A stretch of DNA of 64,000 nucleotides from Candidatus Multivorans sp. Lineage in GTDB: Bacteria > Acidobacteriota > Thermoanaerobaculia > Multivoradales > Multivoraceae. The translations under genes and the position numbers were made by a program. The DNA is taken from positions 4,128,001 through 4,192,000 of the forward strand of contig OZ251997.1 in the NCBI GenBank assembly GCA_965247095.1, written 5' to 3'. Within the stretch, counting starts at the first letter, position 1. Every line of letters starts with the position of its first letter. Below, in pieces: positions 1 to 10,729 of the stretch. Below the pieces are notes generated by a model. The model was given only the letters and a program-made list of their open reading frames with translations. It searched no databases and was not told the origin of the DNA.

Positions 1-2
1 TC

Positions 3-617
3 CACGTCGTCGATCTGGACGCGGCGTTCGGCGGTGCCCCCCAGCGCGAAGTCGTCGAGGCGCTGGTTCAGCAGGCAGCCCCCACCGGCATCCAGCTCGG
101 CGGCGGCCTGCGTGACCGCGAGTCCGTCGAGTGGGCCTTCGCGGCGGGCTGCGAACGGGCGGTGGTGACCTCCCTCATCGTTCGCGACTTCGACGTGTTC
201 ACCGGCCTCTGTCGCGACTACCCGGGGCGCATGGTGGCGGCGCTTGACATCGACCGCGGCGAAGTGCGGCTGGCGGGCTGGACCGAATCGGCCGACCGCT
301 CGCCCGCGACGCTGTGCGAGCAGCTTGCCGGTCTGCCGATCGCGGCGGTGCTGGTCACCGACATCTCGCGGGACGGGATGATGCAGGGCCCGAACATCGA
401 CCTCGCCTGCGAGATCGGCGCCATGGCCGGCGCGCCGGCGATCCTCTCGGGCGGCGTACGGTCGGCGGCCGACCTGGAAGCCGCGGCCCGGCGGCCCGAA
501 CTCGAAGCCGCGATCGTCGGCCGCGCGCTCTACGACGGTTCGCTGACCTTGGGCGAGGCGCTCGCCGCCTGCGGCGGAGCGGGAACGCCCGCCGCCGCTA
601 CCGGAGGCGCGTCATGA
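3..617 (+). CDS. hisA: HisA ProFAR isomerase, 5'-truncated by window edge
   Basis: Frame from nt 3 reads [10 protein letters not shown]...IQLGGGLR; later [24 protein letters not shown]; stop overlaps the hisF ATG. Confidence 0.95.
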   Translation, partial: HVVDLDAAFGGAPQREVVEALVQQAAPTGIQLGGGLRDRESVEWAFAAGCERAVVTSLIVRDFDVFTGLCRDYPGRMVAALDIDRGEVRLAGWTESADRSPATLCEQLAGLPIAAVLVTDISRDGMMQGPNIDLACEIGAMAGAPAILSGGVRSAADLEAAARRPELEAAIVGRALYDGSLTLGEALAACGGAGTPAAATGGAS

Positions 618-1405
618 GAGCCACCATCGAGCCGACCGGCCTCACCCGCCGCATCATCCCCTGTCTGGACGTGGCCGCCGGGCGGGTGGTCAAGGGCGTC
701 CAGTTCAAGAACCTGACTGATCACGGCGACCCGACCGAGGCCGCGGCCCGCTACGCCGCGGAGGGCGCCGACGAGATCGTCTTCCTCGACATCACCGCCG
801 CGCCCGAGCGCCGCGACACGGACCTCGACTGGGTGCGCCGGACCGCCGAGCAGGTGTTCATTCCGCTCAGCGTCGGCGGTGGCGTGCGCAGCACAGGCGA
901 CGGCCGCAAGTTGCTCCTCGCCGGCGCCGACAAGCTGGGGATCAACACCGCCGCGGTCGCCGAACCGGAGCTGCTCACGCGCCTCGCCGAGCGCTTCGGG
1001 AGCCAGTGCGTCGTGCTCTCGGTCGACGCCAAACGGCGGCTAGAAGACGGGGCCGAGAACCAGAGTTGGGAGGTCGTCACCCACGGCGGCCGCACGCCGA
1101 CCGGGCTCGATGCAATCGAGTGGATCGAGAAGGGAATCGAACGGGGCGCCGGCGAGATCCTGCTCACCAGCATCGACAGCGACGGCATGAAGAGCGGCTA
1201 CGACCTGGAACTGCTGCGCCGGGCGTCCGCGCTGTCGCCGGTGCCGGTCATCGCCTCCGGCGGCGCCGGCACCCTGGAGCACCTGGCGGAGGCCCTGGAG
1301 ACCGACGCCGCGGCGGTGCTCGCCGCCTCGATCTTCCACCAGTCCACGTACTCCGTGGGCGCGGTCAAGGAGTACCTTGGCCGCCGCTTTCCGATCCGCA
1401 TGTGA
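614..1405 (+). CDS. hisF: Imidazole glycerol phosphate synthase cyclase subunit
   Basis: [49 protein letters not shown]; ATG 614 after GGAGG. Confidence 0.97.
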   Translation: MRATIEPTGLTRRIIPCLDVAAGRVVKGVQFKNLTDHGDPTEAAARYAAEGADEIVFLDITAAPERRDTDLDWVRRTAEQVFIPLSVGGGVRSTGDGRKLLLAGADKLGINTAAVAEPELLTRLAERFGSQCVVLSVDAKRRLEDGAENQSWEVVTHGGRTPTGLDAIEWIEKGIERGAGEILLTSIDSDGMKSGYDLELLRRASALSPVPVIASGGAGTLEHLAEALETDAAAVLAASIFHQSTYSVGAVKEYLGRRFPIRM

Positions 1406-1428
1406 TGAGGAATCGAGGAGACCAAGAG

Positions 1429-2082
1429 ATGACAGCGACGGCGATCGACCCTGCGGCGCTCACCTACGACGACCGGGGCCTCCTGCCCGTCGTGGTCCAG
1501 GACGTGCTCTCGGGCGCGGTGCTGATGCTTGCCTACGCCAACCGGGAGGCGGTGGAACTCACACTCGCCAGCGGCGAGGCCCACTTCTACAGCCGCTCGC
1601 GGCAGGAGCTTTGGCGCAAGGGCGCGACCTCGGGCAACACCCTGGCGGTGGTCGAAGTGCTCCAGGACTGTGACCGGGACGCCCTCCTGGTTCGAGCGCT
1701 GCCGGCCGGTCCTGCCTGCCACAACAACACGAGGAGCTGCTTCGAACCGAACGCCGCCGAGTTCGAGCTCGGCTGGCTGGCGCGTGTGATCGCCGAGCGG
1801 GCGTCCGCTCCGCCGGAGGAGAGCTACACGGCCCGTCTCCTCGACCAGGGAGTCGACCGGATCGCACGCAAGGTCGCGGAGGAAGCGGGCGAGACCGTGA
1901 TCGCCGGCGTCCGGGCCGACGCGGCGCCCGAGTCCGCCGAGCGCCGCGGGGATCTCGCGGCCGAAGTCGCCGATCTCGCCTACCACCTGCTGGTGCTGCT
2001 GCAGGCGACCGGCGTCGGGATCGCCGACGTGGCGGCTGAGCTGGGTCGCCGCCATCAGCAAGCCGGGGGAACGCAGCCATGA
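1429..2082 (+). CDS. hisIE: Bifunctional phosphoribosyl-AMP cyclohydrolase / phosphoribosyl-ATP pyrophosphatase
   Basis: YSRSRQELWRKGATSGN, DCDRD, GPACH..SCF, SYTARL, KVAEEAGE, EVADLAYH; SD GAGGAG. Confidence 0.95.
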   Translation: MTATAIDPAALTYDDRGLLPVVVQDVLSGAVLMLAYANREAVELTLASGEAHFYSRSRQELWRKGATSGNTLAVVEVLQDCDRDALLVRALPAGPACHNNTRSCFEPNAAEFELGWLARVIAERASAPPEESYTARLLDQGVDRIARKVAEEAGETVIAGVRADAAPESAERRGDLAAEVADLAYHLLVLLQATGVGIADVAAELGRRHQQAGGTQP

Positions 2083-3575
2083 GCCGGCCCGCATCCGCCA
2101 TCGCCCACACGCGGGAGTTCCTGGCCGACACGTCGACGCCGCTCGGCGTCTACAGCAAGCTGGCCGCGCATGCGGAGGGCGACTCCGGGGCGCGGCGCTT
2201 TCTGCTCGAGAGCATCACCGGTGGCGAGCACGTATCGCGCTACAGCTTCCTCGGCGCGAGCCCGTCGCAGGTCTGCCGGGTGTACCTCAACCGGCTCGAG
2301 ATCGAGGATCTCCGTTCCAGGGGCGGCGTTCAGGTGCAAGCCGGCGATCCGCTGCCGAAGCTGCGGCAACTGCTCGACGGTGTGACCGCGGATCCGCCGC
2401 CGCCGTTGCCGTTTGCCGGCGGCTGGATCGGCGCCTTCGGCTTCGACGCGATCCGGCTCGTCGAGCCGTGTCTGGTCGACCATCCGGCCGGCCGCCCACC
2501 GGACCCGTTCGGCCTGCCTATCGCCACCCTGGCCCGCTTCGACGACGTGCTCGTGTTCGATCACGCCCGCCAGCGGATCGTCGCGGTGGCGAACGAGATC
2601 ACGGGCGAGACGACGGCGGCGGAGGCCGAAGCGCGGCTCGATGAACTGCAGGCGGTCCTTGAGAGCCGCGGCGAGGCCACGGCGGCCCGGGTCGAGGACA
2701 TGGGTGTTTTGGCGGAGACTGCCGCCCCGACGCTGAGCGACGAAGAGTACGGCCGGGCAGTGATGGCGGCGAAGGAGTACATCGCCGCCGGCGACATCTT
2801 CCAGGTTGTGCTGGCACGCCGCTGGACTCTCGACCTCGACGTGTCGCCGGCGACCCTCTACCGGGCGCTGCGGTTGGTCAATCCGTCGCCGTACATGGTC
2901 CTGTTCGAGGCGCCCGAGGCGTCGTTGATCGGCGCTTCGCCGGAGATGCTGGTGCGGCGCACGGGGCGGCGCCTCGAGGTGCGGCCGATTGCCGGCACCC
3001 GCCCCCGCGGCAGGACCGCGGCGGAGGACCGCGCTCTGGCCGAGGAACTGATGGCCGACCCCAAGGAGCGCGCGGAACACGTGATGCTGGTCGACCTGGG
3101 GCGCAACGACCTCGGACGGGTGGCGTCGCCGGGCGGGGTCTCGGTGGCCGACTTCATGGTCATCGAGCACTACAGCGACGTGATGCACATCGTCAGTTCG
3201 GTCGAGGCCGAACAGTCCGCCGCGGCCGGAAACGGCGCCGGTTCGGCCCTCGACGCCCTCCTGGCCTGCTTCCCGGCCGGCACGCTGTCCGGGGCGCCGA
3301 AGATCCGCGCGGTGGAGATCATCGACGAACTCGAGCCGGAGGCGCGCGGGATGTACGGGGGCTCGGTGGGCTACTTCTCATTCGGCGGCGACATGGACAC
3401 CTGCATCACGATCCGCACCCTGACCCTGGCGAACGGCGAGGCCTCGATCACCGCCGGGGCCGGCATCGTCGCCGATTCCGACCCGGTGCGCGAGGCGCAG
3501 GAGACCCGCGACAAGGCCGCGGCGCTGCTGCGGGCGGTGGCGCTGGCGCGCGACCTGGAGGACCGCCGGGCATGA
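2079..3575 (+). CDS. trpE: Anthranilate synthase component I
   Basis: LLES, GDIFQVVL, NPSPYM, GASPE, PIAGTRPRG, KERAEHVMLVDLGRND, FPAGTLSGAPK. Confidence 0.96.
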   Translation: MSRPASAIAHTREFLADTSTPLGVYSKLAAHAEGDSGARRFLLESITGGEHVSRYSFLGASPSQVCRVYLNRLEIEDLRSRGGVQVQAGDPLPKLRQLLDGVTADPPPPLPFAGGWIGAFGFDAIRLVEPCLVDHPAGRPPDPFGLPIATLARFDDVLVFDHARQRIVAVANEITGETTAAEAEARLDELQAVLESRGEATAARVEDMGVLAETAAPTLSDEEYGRAVMAAKEYIAAGDIFQVVLARRWTLDLDVSPATLYRALRLVNPSPYMVLFEAPEASLIGASPEMLVRRTGRRLEVRPIAGTRPRGRTAAEDRALAEELMADPKERAEHVMLVDLGRNDLGRVASPGGVSVADFMVIEHYSDVMHIVSSVEAEQSAAAGNGAGSALDALLACFPAGTLSGAPKIRAVEIIDELEPEARGMYGGSVGYFSFGGDMDTCITIRTLTLANGEASITAGAGIVADSDPVREAQETRDKAAALLRAVALARDLEDRRA

Positions 3576-4150
3576 TCCTCGTCATCGACAACTACGACTC
3601 CTTCACCTACAACTTGGTCCAGATATTCGGCGGTCTCGGCGCCGAACTCGAGGTGGTGCGCAACGATGTCGAGAGCGTGCCGGACCTGCTGGCGCGCGAC
3701 CCGGAAGGCATCGTCCTGTCGCCGGGGCCGGGCCGGCCGGAGGACGCGGGAGTCTGCATCGACCTCCTGCGGGCGCAACCCGACGTGCCCCTGCTCGGCG
3801 TTTGCCTGGGACACCAGGCGCTCGGCTCGGCATTCGGCGGCACCGTCAGCCGGGCGAAGGTCCTGATGCACGGCAAGACCTCCGAAGTCGAGCACCGGGG
3901 GGTGGGCTTGCTGTCCGGCCTGCCTTCGCCCTTCGTCGCCACGCGCTACCACTCGCTGGCGGTCGAGGAGGAGAGCCTGCCGGCACAGCTTCAGCCGCTG
4001 GCCTGGAGCGAGGACGGAACGCTCATGGCGATGCGGCACCGGGAACTGCCCTACTGGGGCGTCCAGTTCCATCCGGAGTCGGTGCTCACCGGCAGCGGAC
4101 CGCAGCTACTTCAGAACTTTCTCGATCTGTGCGGAGAGGCCAATGACTGA
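3572..4150 (+). CDS. trpG: Anthranilate synthase component II (glutamine amidotransferase)
   Basis: IDNYDSFTYNL, SPGPG, GVCLGHQ, RYHSL, VQFHPES. Confidence 0.96.
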   Translation: MILVIDNYDSFTYNLVQIFGGLGAELEVVRNDVESVPDLLARDPEGIVLSPGPGRPEDAGVCIDLLRAQPDVPLLGVCLGHQALGSAFGGTVSRAKVLMHGKTSEVEHRGVGLLSGLPSPFVATRYHSLAVEEESLPAQLQPLAWSEDGTLMAMRHRELPYWGVQFHPESVLTGSGPQLLQNFLDLCGEAND

Positions 4151-5183
4151 TCTCGACCTTTCGACCCTGTTGCGAACGGCCATCGCCGGCGAGGACCTTC
4201 CCGCCACGACAGTGGAGGAGCTGTTCGGCCGGCTGATGGACGGCGAACTGTCCGAGGTGTGGAAGAGCGCGTTTCTGGTCGCGCTGGCGGCGAAGGGCGA
4301 ATCGGTGGGTGAGATCGCCGGCGCCGCACGGGCGATGCGGGCGCGGGCCTCCGGGGTGCCGCACACGAGTTCCGGCGTGATCGACACCTGCGGCACCGGC
4401 GGCGACGGCCGGGGCACGTTCAACATCTCGACCGCGGCCGCGCTGGTGGCGGCTGCGTGCGGCGCGCGGGTGGCCAAGCACGGCAACCGCGCCGTGTCGA
4501 GCCGCTCCGGCTCGGCGGACGTACTCGACGCTCTCGGCGTGCGGCTCTCGGGCGACACGGAGGCTCTCGGACGCTGCCTCGACGACGTCGGCATCGCCTT
4601 CCTGTTCGCGCCCATGCTCCACCCGGCTATGGCCCAGGTCATGCCGGTGCGGCGCGAGCTCGGCGTGCGCACGCTGTTCAACGTGCTCGGGCCGATGACC
4701 AACCCGGCCGGGGCGAAGCGTCAGTTGATCGGCGTCTTCGCGGCCGGTCTGGTCGAAAAGGTCGCGCGCGTGCTGCGGGATCTCGGAAGCGAGCACGCCC
4801 TGGTCGTCCACGGCGACGGTCTCGACGAGATCACGACCACCGGGACGACTGCGGTTGCCGAGGTACGGGACGGCGACGTGCGCACCTTCGAAGTTCATCC
4901 ACGCGACTTCGGGATCGCCGAGGCGGCGCCGGAGGATCTCCTCGGCGGCGGCCCCGAGCGGAACGTCGAGCTGATGGGCGACGTGCTCGCCGGAGGCGAG
5001 GGGCCGCTGGCCGACATCACCTGTCTCAACGCCGGGGCCGCGCTCTTTGTCGCCGGCAGGGCGGACGGCCTCGCCGCCGGTGTCGCCGCCGCGTTCGAGG
5101 TGCAGCGTTCGGGAGCGGCAGCCAGGAAGCTCGAAGAGCTCGCCGGCTGGGACGGCTGGGACGACGGAGGCGGCGGAGACTGA
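4143..5183 (+). CDS. trpD: Anthranilate phosphoribosyltransferase
   Basis: DTCGTGGDG, FNIST, KHGNRAVSSRSGSAD, RTLFNVLGP, DGLDE. Confidence 0.97.
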   Translation: MTDLDLSTLLRTAIAGEDLPATTVEELFGRLMDGELSEVWKSAFLVALAAKGESVGEIAGAARAMRARASGVPHTSSGVIDTCGTGGDGRGTFNISTAAALVAAACGARVAKHGNRAVSSRSGSADVLDALGVRLSGDTEALGRCLDDVGIAFLFAPMLHPAMAQVMPVRRELGVRTLFNVLGPMTNPAGAKRQLIGVFAAGLVEKVARVLRDLGSEHALVVHGDGLDEITTTGTTAVAEVRDGDVRTFEVHPRDFGIAEAAPEDLLGGGPERNVELMGDVLAGGEGPLADITCLNAGAALFVAGRADGLAAGVAAAFEVQRSGAAARKLEELAGWDGWDDGGGGD

Positions 5184-5187
5184 GGCC

Positions 5188-6090
5188 ATGTCCGAGGTTC
5201 CCGACATCCTGCGGCGCATCTGCGAGCAGCGGCGCCGGCGCGTCTCGCCCGCATCCGGCTCCGGCTTCGGCCCCGCCTCGCCACGCCTCGCCCCCGACGC
5301 GCCCGGCCGCCGTTTCCTCGACGCGATCGAGGCCCGTCGCGGCCGCGCCGTCATCGCCGAGATCAAGATGGGATCGCCCAAGCTCGGCGACCTCAGGGGA
5401 CGCTTCGATCCGGTCGCCCGGGCAGAGACCTACGCGGCCGCCGGCGCCGCCTGCCTGTCGGTGGTGGTCGAGCCGGACCACTTCTTCGGCAGCTACGAGC
5501 TGCTCGCGGACTGCGCCGCCGCCTCCGGCCTGCCCGCGGTGGCGAAGGACTTCGTCGTCTCCGACGTACAGCTCGAATGGGCGCGAGACGCCGGCGCCTC
5601 CGCGGTGCTCCTGATCGCCGCGCTCTACCACGCCGCGGAGTTGCGGCGGCTGGCGGCGCTCGCCCGGGGCTTGGGCCTGGTGCCCCTGATCGAGACCCAC
5701 GACGACGAGGACTTCGAGAAGCTGGCCCCCCTGGGAGCGCAGGCCGCCAGCCCGCTTCCGGCCCTGGGAACGCGGGCTTCCAGCCCGCATCCGGGTCGCC
5801 CGCAACGCGGCAGTGAGGCCCCAGACTGGGAACTCGTCGGCATCAACAACCGCGACCTGCGCACCTTCGAGGTCGACCTGGAACGAAGCGCCGACCGCGT
5901 CGGCCGCCTCCCGGCGTCGGCTCTCAAGGTCGCCGAGTCGGGGATTCAAACGGGCGCCGATGTCGCCAGGCTGCGTCGGGCCGGTTTCGACGCGTTCCTC
6001 ATCGGCGAGCGCCTGGTGCTCTCCGGCGACCCGGCGGCCGCGCTCGCCGAACTGCTGGGCGACCCGGCAACATCGGGAGCGACCCCATGA
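5188..6090 (+). CDS. trpC: Indole-3-glycerol phosphate synthase carrying in-frame REP-derived insertions
   Basis: [42 protein letters not shown]; extra segment [23 protein letters not shown]. Confidence 0.94.
   Translation: MSEVPDILRRICEQRRRRVSPASGSGFGPASPRLAPDAPGRRFLDAIEARRGRAVIAEIKMGSPKLGDLRGRFDPVARAETYAAAGAACLSVVVEPDHFFGSYELLADCAAASGLPAVAKDFVVSDVQLEWARDAGASAVLLIAALYHAAELRRLAALARGLGLVPLIETHDDEDFEKLAPLGAQAASPLPALGTRASSPHPGRPQRGSEAPDWELVGINNRDLRTFEVDLERSADRVGRLPASALKVAESGIQTGADVARLRRAGFDAFLIGERLVLSGDPAAALAELLGDPATSGATP
5241..5259 (+). repeat. Partial REP-like copy inside trpC N-terminus
   Basis: CGTCTCGCCCGCATCCGGC identical to 46348-46366. Confidence 0.65.
5729..5794 (+). repeat. Two tandem 33-bp REP-like copies inside trpC
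   Basis: CCCTGGGAGCGCAGGCCGCCAGCCCGCTTCCGG + CCCTGGGAACGCGGGCTTCCAGCCCGCATCCGG. Confidence 0.85.
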
Positions 6091-6728
6091 AGGTCAAGGT
6101 CTGCGGGGTCACCACGCCCGACGACGCCCGGCTCGCGGTCGATCTCGGCGCCGACTTCGTCGGCCTCAACTTCTACCGTCCCAGCCCACGCTGGATCGAC
6201 GTCGACCAGGCCGCGCGCATCCGCCGCGCCGTCGGCGACCGGGCACAAGCCATCGGCATCTTCGTCAACCACACCCGCGACGAGGTCGCTTTGATCGACC
6301 GGCAGGTTGGCCTCGACTTCCTCCAGTTCAGCGGCGACGAGAGCCCGGAACTTGTCGCCGAGTTCAGGGACCGCGCGATCCGTGTCCGCCGCGTCGGTGG
6401 CGCGGCTACCGTTGCAGCCCGGATTCCCGAGGAGGACTGCTGGGCGGTCCTGATCGACCGCGCCCACGATCGGCTCTACGGCGGTTCCGGCGAGAGCTGG
6501 GACTACGCGGCGGCGGCCGATCTCGCTCTGACGCAGCCCGGCGGCAGGTCGCGACGCGTGTTCATCGCCGGCGGCATCGGCCCCGGCAACATCGCCCAGG
6601 TCGCGGCGGCCGTGCCCGGCGCCTACGCCGTCGATACCTGTTCGGGCGTCGAGTCCTCGCCCGGACACAAGGACCGCGCCAAGCTGGAGCAGTTGTTCGC
6701 CAACCTGGCAGAGGGAGCAGCACGATGA
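6087..6728 (+). CDS. trpF: Phosphoribosylanthranilate isomerase
   Basis: [38 protein letters not shown]. Confidence 0.95.
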   Translation: MKVKVCGVTTPDDARLAVDLGADFVGLNFYRPSPRWIDVDQAARIRRAVGDRAQAIGIFVNHTRDEVALIDRQVGLDFLQFSGDESPELVAEFRDRAIRVRRVGGAATVAARIPEEDCWAVLIDRAHDRLYGGSGESWDYAAAADLALTQPGGRSRRVFIAGGIGPGNIAQVAAAVPGAYAVDTCSGVESSPGHKDRAKLEQLFANLAEGAAR

Positions 6729-7948
6729 AGGTAAGAACACCCCTCTCCGCCGCGGCCATGGAACCGGACGAGGGCGGCCGCTACGGCGTCTACGGCGGGC
6801 GCTACGCCCCCGAGACCCTGATGGCGCCGCTCGAGGAGCTGAGCCGCGCCTATGACCGGCTGCGGCGAAAGCGCGCCTTTCAGCGCCGGCTGAAGGACCT
6901 GCTGGAGCACTACGTCGGCCGCCCGACGCCGCTCTACTTCGCCGAGCGCCTGACCGAGCACCTCGGCGGCGCGCGCATCTACCTGAAGCGGGAAGACCTG
7001 CTCCACACCGGCGCGCACAAGATCAACAACGCCCTCGGCCAGGTGCTGCTGGCGAAGGAGATGGGCAAGACCCGGATCATCGCCGAGACCGGCGCCGGCC
7101 AGCATGGCGTTGCCACTGCCACGGCCGCCGCTCTCCTCGGTCTCGACTGCGTCGTCTACATGGGCGAGGAGGACATGCGTCGCCAGCGCCTGAACGTCTA
7201 CCGGATGCAGCTTCTGGGCGCGGAGGTGGCGCAGGTCGATGCCGGCAGCCGGACGCTCAAGGACGCGATCAACGAGGCGTTCCGGGACTGGGTGGCGAGC
7301 TTTGCCGACACCCACTACGTGCTCGGCACGGTCACCGGGCCGGCGCCCTATCCGCGGATGGTGCGGCAGTTCCACAGCGTGATCGGTGCCGAGGCGCGGC
7401 GCCAGTTGAAGCGGCAGACCGGCACCGCACATCCGGATGTCGCGATCGCCTGCGTCGGCGGCGGCAGCAACGCGATGGGCCTGTTCTCCGCATTCTTCGA
7501 CCGTCCCGACGTGCTGCTGGTCGGCGTCGAGGCCGGCGGGCGGGGACCGGATCTGGGAGATCACGCCGCGCGGTTCTCGGGGGGCACGCTCGGCGTGCTC
7601 CACGGCGCCCGCACGCTCGTGCTCCAGGACGAGGAGGGCCAGGTCGTCGGCACCCACTCCGTGTCCGCCGGGCTCGACTACCCGGCGGTCGGCCCCGAGC
7701 ACGTGTTCCTGCACGAGCACGGGCAGATCGAGTTCACGTCGGCCACCGACCAGGAGGCGATCGACGCCTTTCACCTGCTGTCGTCGATGGAGGGCATCCT
7801 GCCCGCGCTCGAATCGGCGCATGCCATCGCCGAGGTCATCCGCCGCGCGCCCGGGATGGGCGAGGACCAGATCATGCTCGTCAACCTCTCCGGCCGCGGC
7901 GACAAGGACGTGGAGTCGGTGCTTGAATACGACGGAGCGACCAAATGA
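6725..7948 (+). CDS. trpB: Tryptophan synthase beta subunit
   Basis: [50 protein letters not shown]. Confidence 0.98.
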   Translation: MKVRTPLSAAAMEPDEGGRYGVYGGRYAPETLMAPLEELSRAYDRLRRKRAFQRRLKDLLEHYVGRPTPLYFAERLTEHLGGARIYLKREDLLHTGAHKINNALGQVLLAKEMGKTRIIAETGAGQHGVATATAAALLGLDCVVYMGEEDMRRQRLNVYRMQLLGAEVAQVDAGSRTLKDAINEAFRDWVASFADTHYVLGTVTGPAPYPRMVRQFHSVIGAEARRQLKRQTGTAHPDVAIACVGGGSNAMGLFSAFFDRPDVLLVGVEAGGRGPDLGDHAARFSGGTLGVLHGARTLVLQDEEGQVVGTHSVSAGLDYPAVGPEHVFLHEHGQIEFTSATDQEAIDAFHLLSSMEGILPALESAHAIAEVIRRAPGMGEDQIMLVNLSGRGDKDVESVLEYDGATK

Positions 7949-8775
7949 GCCTCCTGCGCAAGCGCCCATTGCGCGACGGTGCCATCGCGGCCGCGTTCGC
8001 CGGCTGCTCCAGGCAGAAGCGTGCCGCCTTCATTCCCTTCATCGTCGCCGGCGACCCCTCGCTCGAGGCGACGCCGGACCTGCTGCGCGCCCTGGTCGCC
8101 GGCGGCGCCGACGTGATCGAACTCGGGGTCGCCTTCAGCGATCCGATCGCCGACGGACCGACGATCCAGCGCGCTTCCCACCGCGCGCTCGACGCCGGTT
8201 CCTCGCTCAGCGCGGTGCTCGGGATCATCGAGCGCCATCGCGAGGAACTCGGCGTCCCGATCGTCCTGTTCACCTACTACAACCCCGTCCACGCCCGCGG
8301 TGTTGCGACGTTCGCCGCCCAGGCCGCCGACAGCGGGGTCGACGGCGTGCTTTGCGTCGATCTGCCGCCCGAGGAAGGCCTGCGCGAACTGCAGCCGGCG
8401 CTCGTGGAACGCGGCGTCGACTCGATCTACCTGATCGCCGCCACCAGCACGAAGGCGCGCATCGACCGGGCCGCGGCGGCATCGAACGGCTTCGTCTACT
8501 ACACAGCGCGCTCCGATGTCACGGGCGAGCGCGACGATCTGATCCCCACCCTGGCGCGGGAAGTGAAGCGGGTACGCCGGCGGGTCCGCCTGCCGGTCGC
8601 CGTCGGCTTCGGCATCTCGACCCCCGAGCAGGTCGAGGAAGTGGCCGCAGTCGCCCACGGCGTCGTCGTCGGCAGCTCTCTGGTGCGTCTGGTGGAGGAG
8701 AACGCCGCCGAACCGGATCTGGCGGCGAGGCTCGAACGCCGGGTCGGCGAGTTGACGGCGCCGCTGCGGCGCTGA
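7945..8775 (+). CDS. trpA: Tryptophan synthase alpha subunit
   Basis: [39 protein letters not shown]. Confidence 0.97.
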   Translation: MSLLRKRPLRDGAIAAAFAGCSRQKRAAFIPFIVAGDPSLEATPDLLRALVAGGADVIELGVAFSDPIADGPTIQRASHRALDAGSSLSAVLGIIERHREELGVPIVLFTYYNPVHARGVATFAAQAADSGVDGVLCVDLPPEEGLRELQPALVERGVDSIYLIAATSTKARIDRAAAASNGFVYYTARSDVTGERDDLIPTLAREVKRVRRRVRLPVAVGFGISTPEQVEEVAAVAHGVVVGSSLVRLVEENAAEPDLAARLERRVGELTAPLRR

Positions 8776-8986
8776 CACCCGCCCCGCGGGGGGCGCGGCG
8801 CGGAGTAGCGCTGCCGTCCCGGTGTCCGCCGAGCGGAGAGCGGGCGACAATGTGGCAGATCTGGCCGGTCTTGGGAGAATCTGACCGAAATCCGCTAAAT
8901 GGCGGCCGGTCCTCTTCCGTATCTTGTCCCTAGAGTATTTGGCGGAGTCCACACCGCAACCACCACCTTGAGGGAGGGTACCGCTA

Positions 8987-9175
8987 TTGAACCTGTCGAT
9001 CACCGTCCTGGTCGGTGTACTTGCCACTCCGGCGGTCGGCCAAGTGGAAGAGGCGCGGCCGGGTTACGAACAGGTGGCAAGCCATCCTGGTCACCCCGGC
9101 GGCGTATCGATCCCGGTCTTCATCCTGGCCGGCATCAACGACTATGGCCAAGTGCAGACCGAGGATGACGAGTGA
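8987..9175 (+). CDS. Small (62 aa) possibly secreted peptide or gene remnant
   Basis: SD GGGAGG before TTG; hydrophobic N-terminus ending ATPAVG-Q; acidic tail. Confidence 0.4.
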   Translation: MNLSITVLVGVLATPAVGQVEEARPGYEQVASHPGHPGGVSIPVFILAGINDYGQVQTEDDE

Positions 9176-9397
9176 ACGGCAGCAGCTCAAAGAAAGCACT
9201 GGCTGTGATCGCGGCGGCCTGCGCCATGCTGGCCGCGTCGGTTCGCGAGGCGGCGTCCGGTCGTCGTCCGAGTCGTTCCCGGCGCCGAGCCTGCGCGTTG
9301 CACCCGTCGAGCGGGACCGCGGTTGTGACAGCGCCGCCCGCAGCGGACCCGCAGCGTTTCCGGCGGACCGTTCGGTGCCATTACAGAGGAGGACAGC

Positions 9398-9535
9398 ATG
9401 AACCCCTACATCCAGTCCTTGGACGTGGCGCGGGTGCAGAGTGATCTGCGTCGCGCCGCGCGTTTCAGCGTCGTGGTGCGCGTCTGGTCGCGGTGGGGCG
9501 ATCCGCTGCTGGCCCTGGACCGTGCGCGGGCATGA
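9398..9535 (+). CDS. Small (45 aa) hypothetical protein MNPYIQSLDVARVQSDLRRAARF...
   Basis: Strong SD AGAGGAGGA just upstream of ATG 9398; TGA 9533-9535; too short for the ORF track. Confidence 0.4.
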   Translation: MNPYIQSLDVARVQSDLRRAARFSVVVRVWSRWGDPLLALDRARA

Positions 9536-9610
9536 AGAAGCGTCGGAAGTCAACGGCGTCTGTAGCCTCGGCCTCGCGTATCCGGGCGAGGGGTAGAATG
9601 CCCGTGCTTC

Positions 9611-10726
9611 ATGGACGGGCGATCGTTTCCATGGCGGGCCAGACCGACTTGGCTCTGCTGGTCGGGCGGGAAGGAGTCCGCGTGGGCGCTCCGGGAGCTC
9701 CGGGCCGATCCGTCCTGCGATGTCCGCGGACTGATCGCACTGGTGAACGAGAAGAACGGCCGCGTCATCCTGCACGGCGTTCGGCACACGCTGCTTCAAT
9801 GGCAGGCCGAGGCGGTCGAGCTGGCGCTACGGCTCATTCCGCTGGATTGGACGTCCTCGGCGACCGAGCGGAACGCTGCCCTGGCCAGAGGGTTCGGCGA
9901 GCTGCGGACGGATGGCGCGCAGCGTGTCGCCTTTGGCGACCTGTTGTCTGTGCGCGGCCGCGACCGACGCCTGCTGGTCACTGCCGAATCGGAACTCGAA
10001 ACGGTCTTTCCGCTCTGGGGACGGGACACGTGCGACCACTCGGCAGACATTCTGGAGGCCGGTCTGTCGGCCTGGATTTGCTGCGTCGACACCGGCTGCA
10101 TACCGGCGGATTGCGTGGCGCGCCGTTTCGACGCGAACTTCGTGGCCCGTCTGCCCGACGGCGTCGACCCGTGCGGCGGGAACGACGAGTTCCACACCTT
10201 CGTGGAATGGGCGCCGGGCTGGAACCGTCGCGTGCGGGTCGAGCTGACCCGAGAGATCGAGGTCTACGACGGCGCCTTCGCGGAACTGGAACCGGCGCCG
10301 GCGCCCGAGGCCGCCGTCCGCGCCCAGCCCGGCGACGGAGTCGGGGAGGTTTGGGCGGGGGACGGCTCTCCGGCGCAGCCGGCCATCGACCCCTTCAGCC
10401 ATTTCGCGCGGCTCGACCGCGTGCGGCGGTATGTTGACGCCCATCTCGCCGGCGACCTGGGTGTCGACGTGGTCGCCAAGGTCGCGGCGATGTCGCCGAC
10501 GGGCTTTTCCCGGTACTTCCGGGAGCACGTGCGGATGACCTTCACGTCCTGGTTGGTCCACCGGCGGGTCGAGCACGCATGCCTGCTGCTGCGGGAGCGC
10601 AACATCGCGGTGAGCCGGATCGGGGAAGCCGCCGGTTTCCACAGCGAGCGGACGTTTCGCCGGGCCTTTCACGAACAGATGGATTGCAGCCCCTCGGCGT
10701 ACAGGAAGCGGTCGCTCGAGGAGTAG
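9611..10726 (+). CDS. Dph6/MJ0570-like PP-loop domain fused to a C-terminal AraC/XylS HTH
   Basis: WSGGKES, FGDL, FPLWG, DPCGGNDEFHTFV, then VAAMSPTGFSRYFREH...GFHSERTFRRAFHEQMDCSPSAYR. Confidence 0.85.
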   Translation: MDGRSFPWRARPTWLCWSGGKESAWALRELRADPSCDVRGLIALVNEKNGRVILHGVRHTLLQWQAEAVELALRLIPLDWTSSATERNAALARGFGELRTDGAQRVAFGDLLSVRGRDRRLLVTAESELETVFPLWGRDTCDHSADILEAGLSAWICCVDTGCIPADCVARRFDANFVARLPDGVDPCGGNDEFHTFVEWAPGWNRRVRVELTREIEVYDGAFAELEPAPAPEAAVRAQPGDGVGEVWAGDGSPAQPAIDPFSHFARLDRVRRYVDAHLAGDLGVDVVAKVAAMSPTGFSRYFREHVRMTFTSWLVHRRVEHACLLLRERNIAVSRIGEAAGFHSERTFRRAFHEQMDCSPSAYRKRSLEE

Positions 10727-10729
10727 GCG

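Noticed and set aside
5729-5794. 33-bp repeats as a CRISPR array
   Set aside because: Copies abut with no spacer, other copies are dispersed, and there are no cas genes; REP-like instead.
8987-9535. RiPP precursor cluster modified by the PP-loop protein
   Set aside because: No leader motif, protease, RRE or transporter nearby, and the PP-loop domain looks degenerate; kept only as a small-ORF finding.
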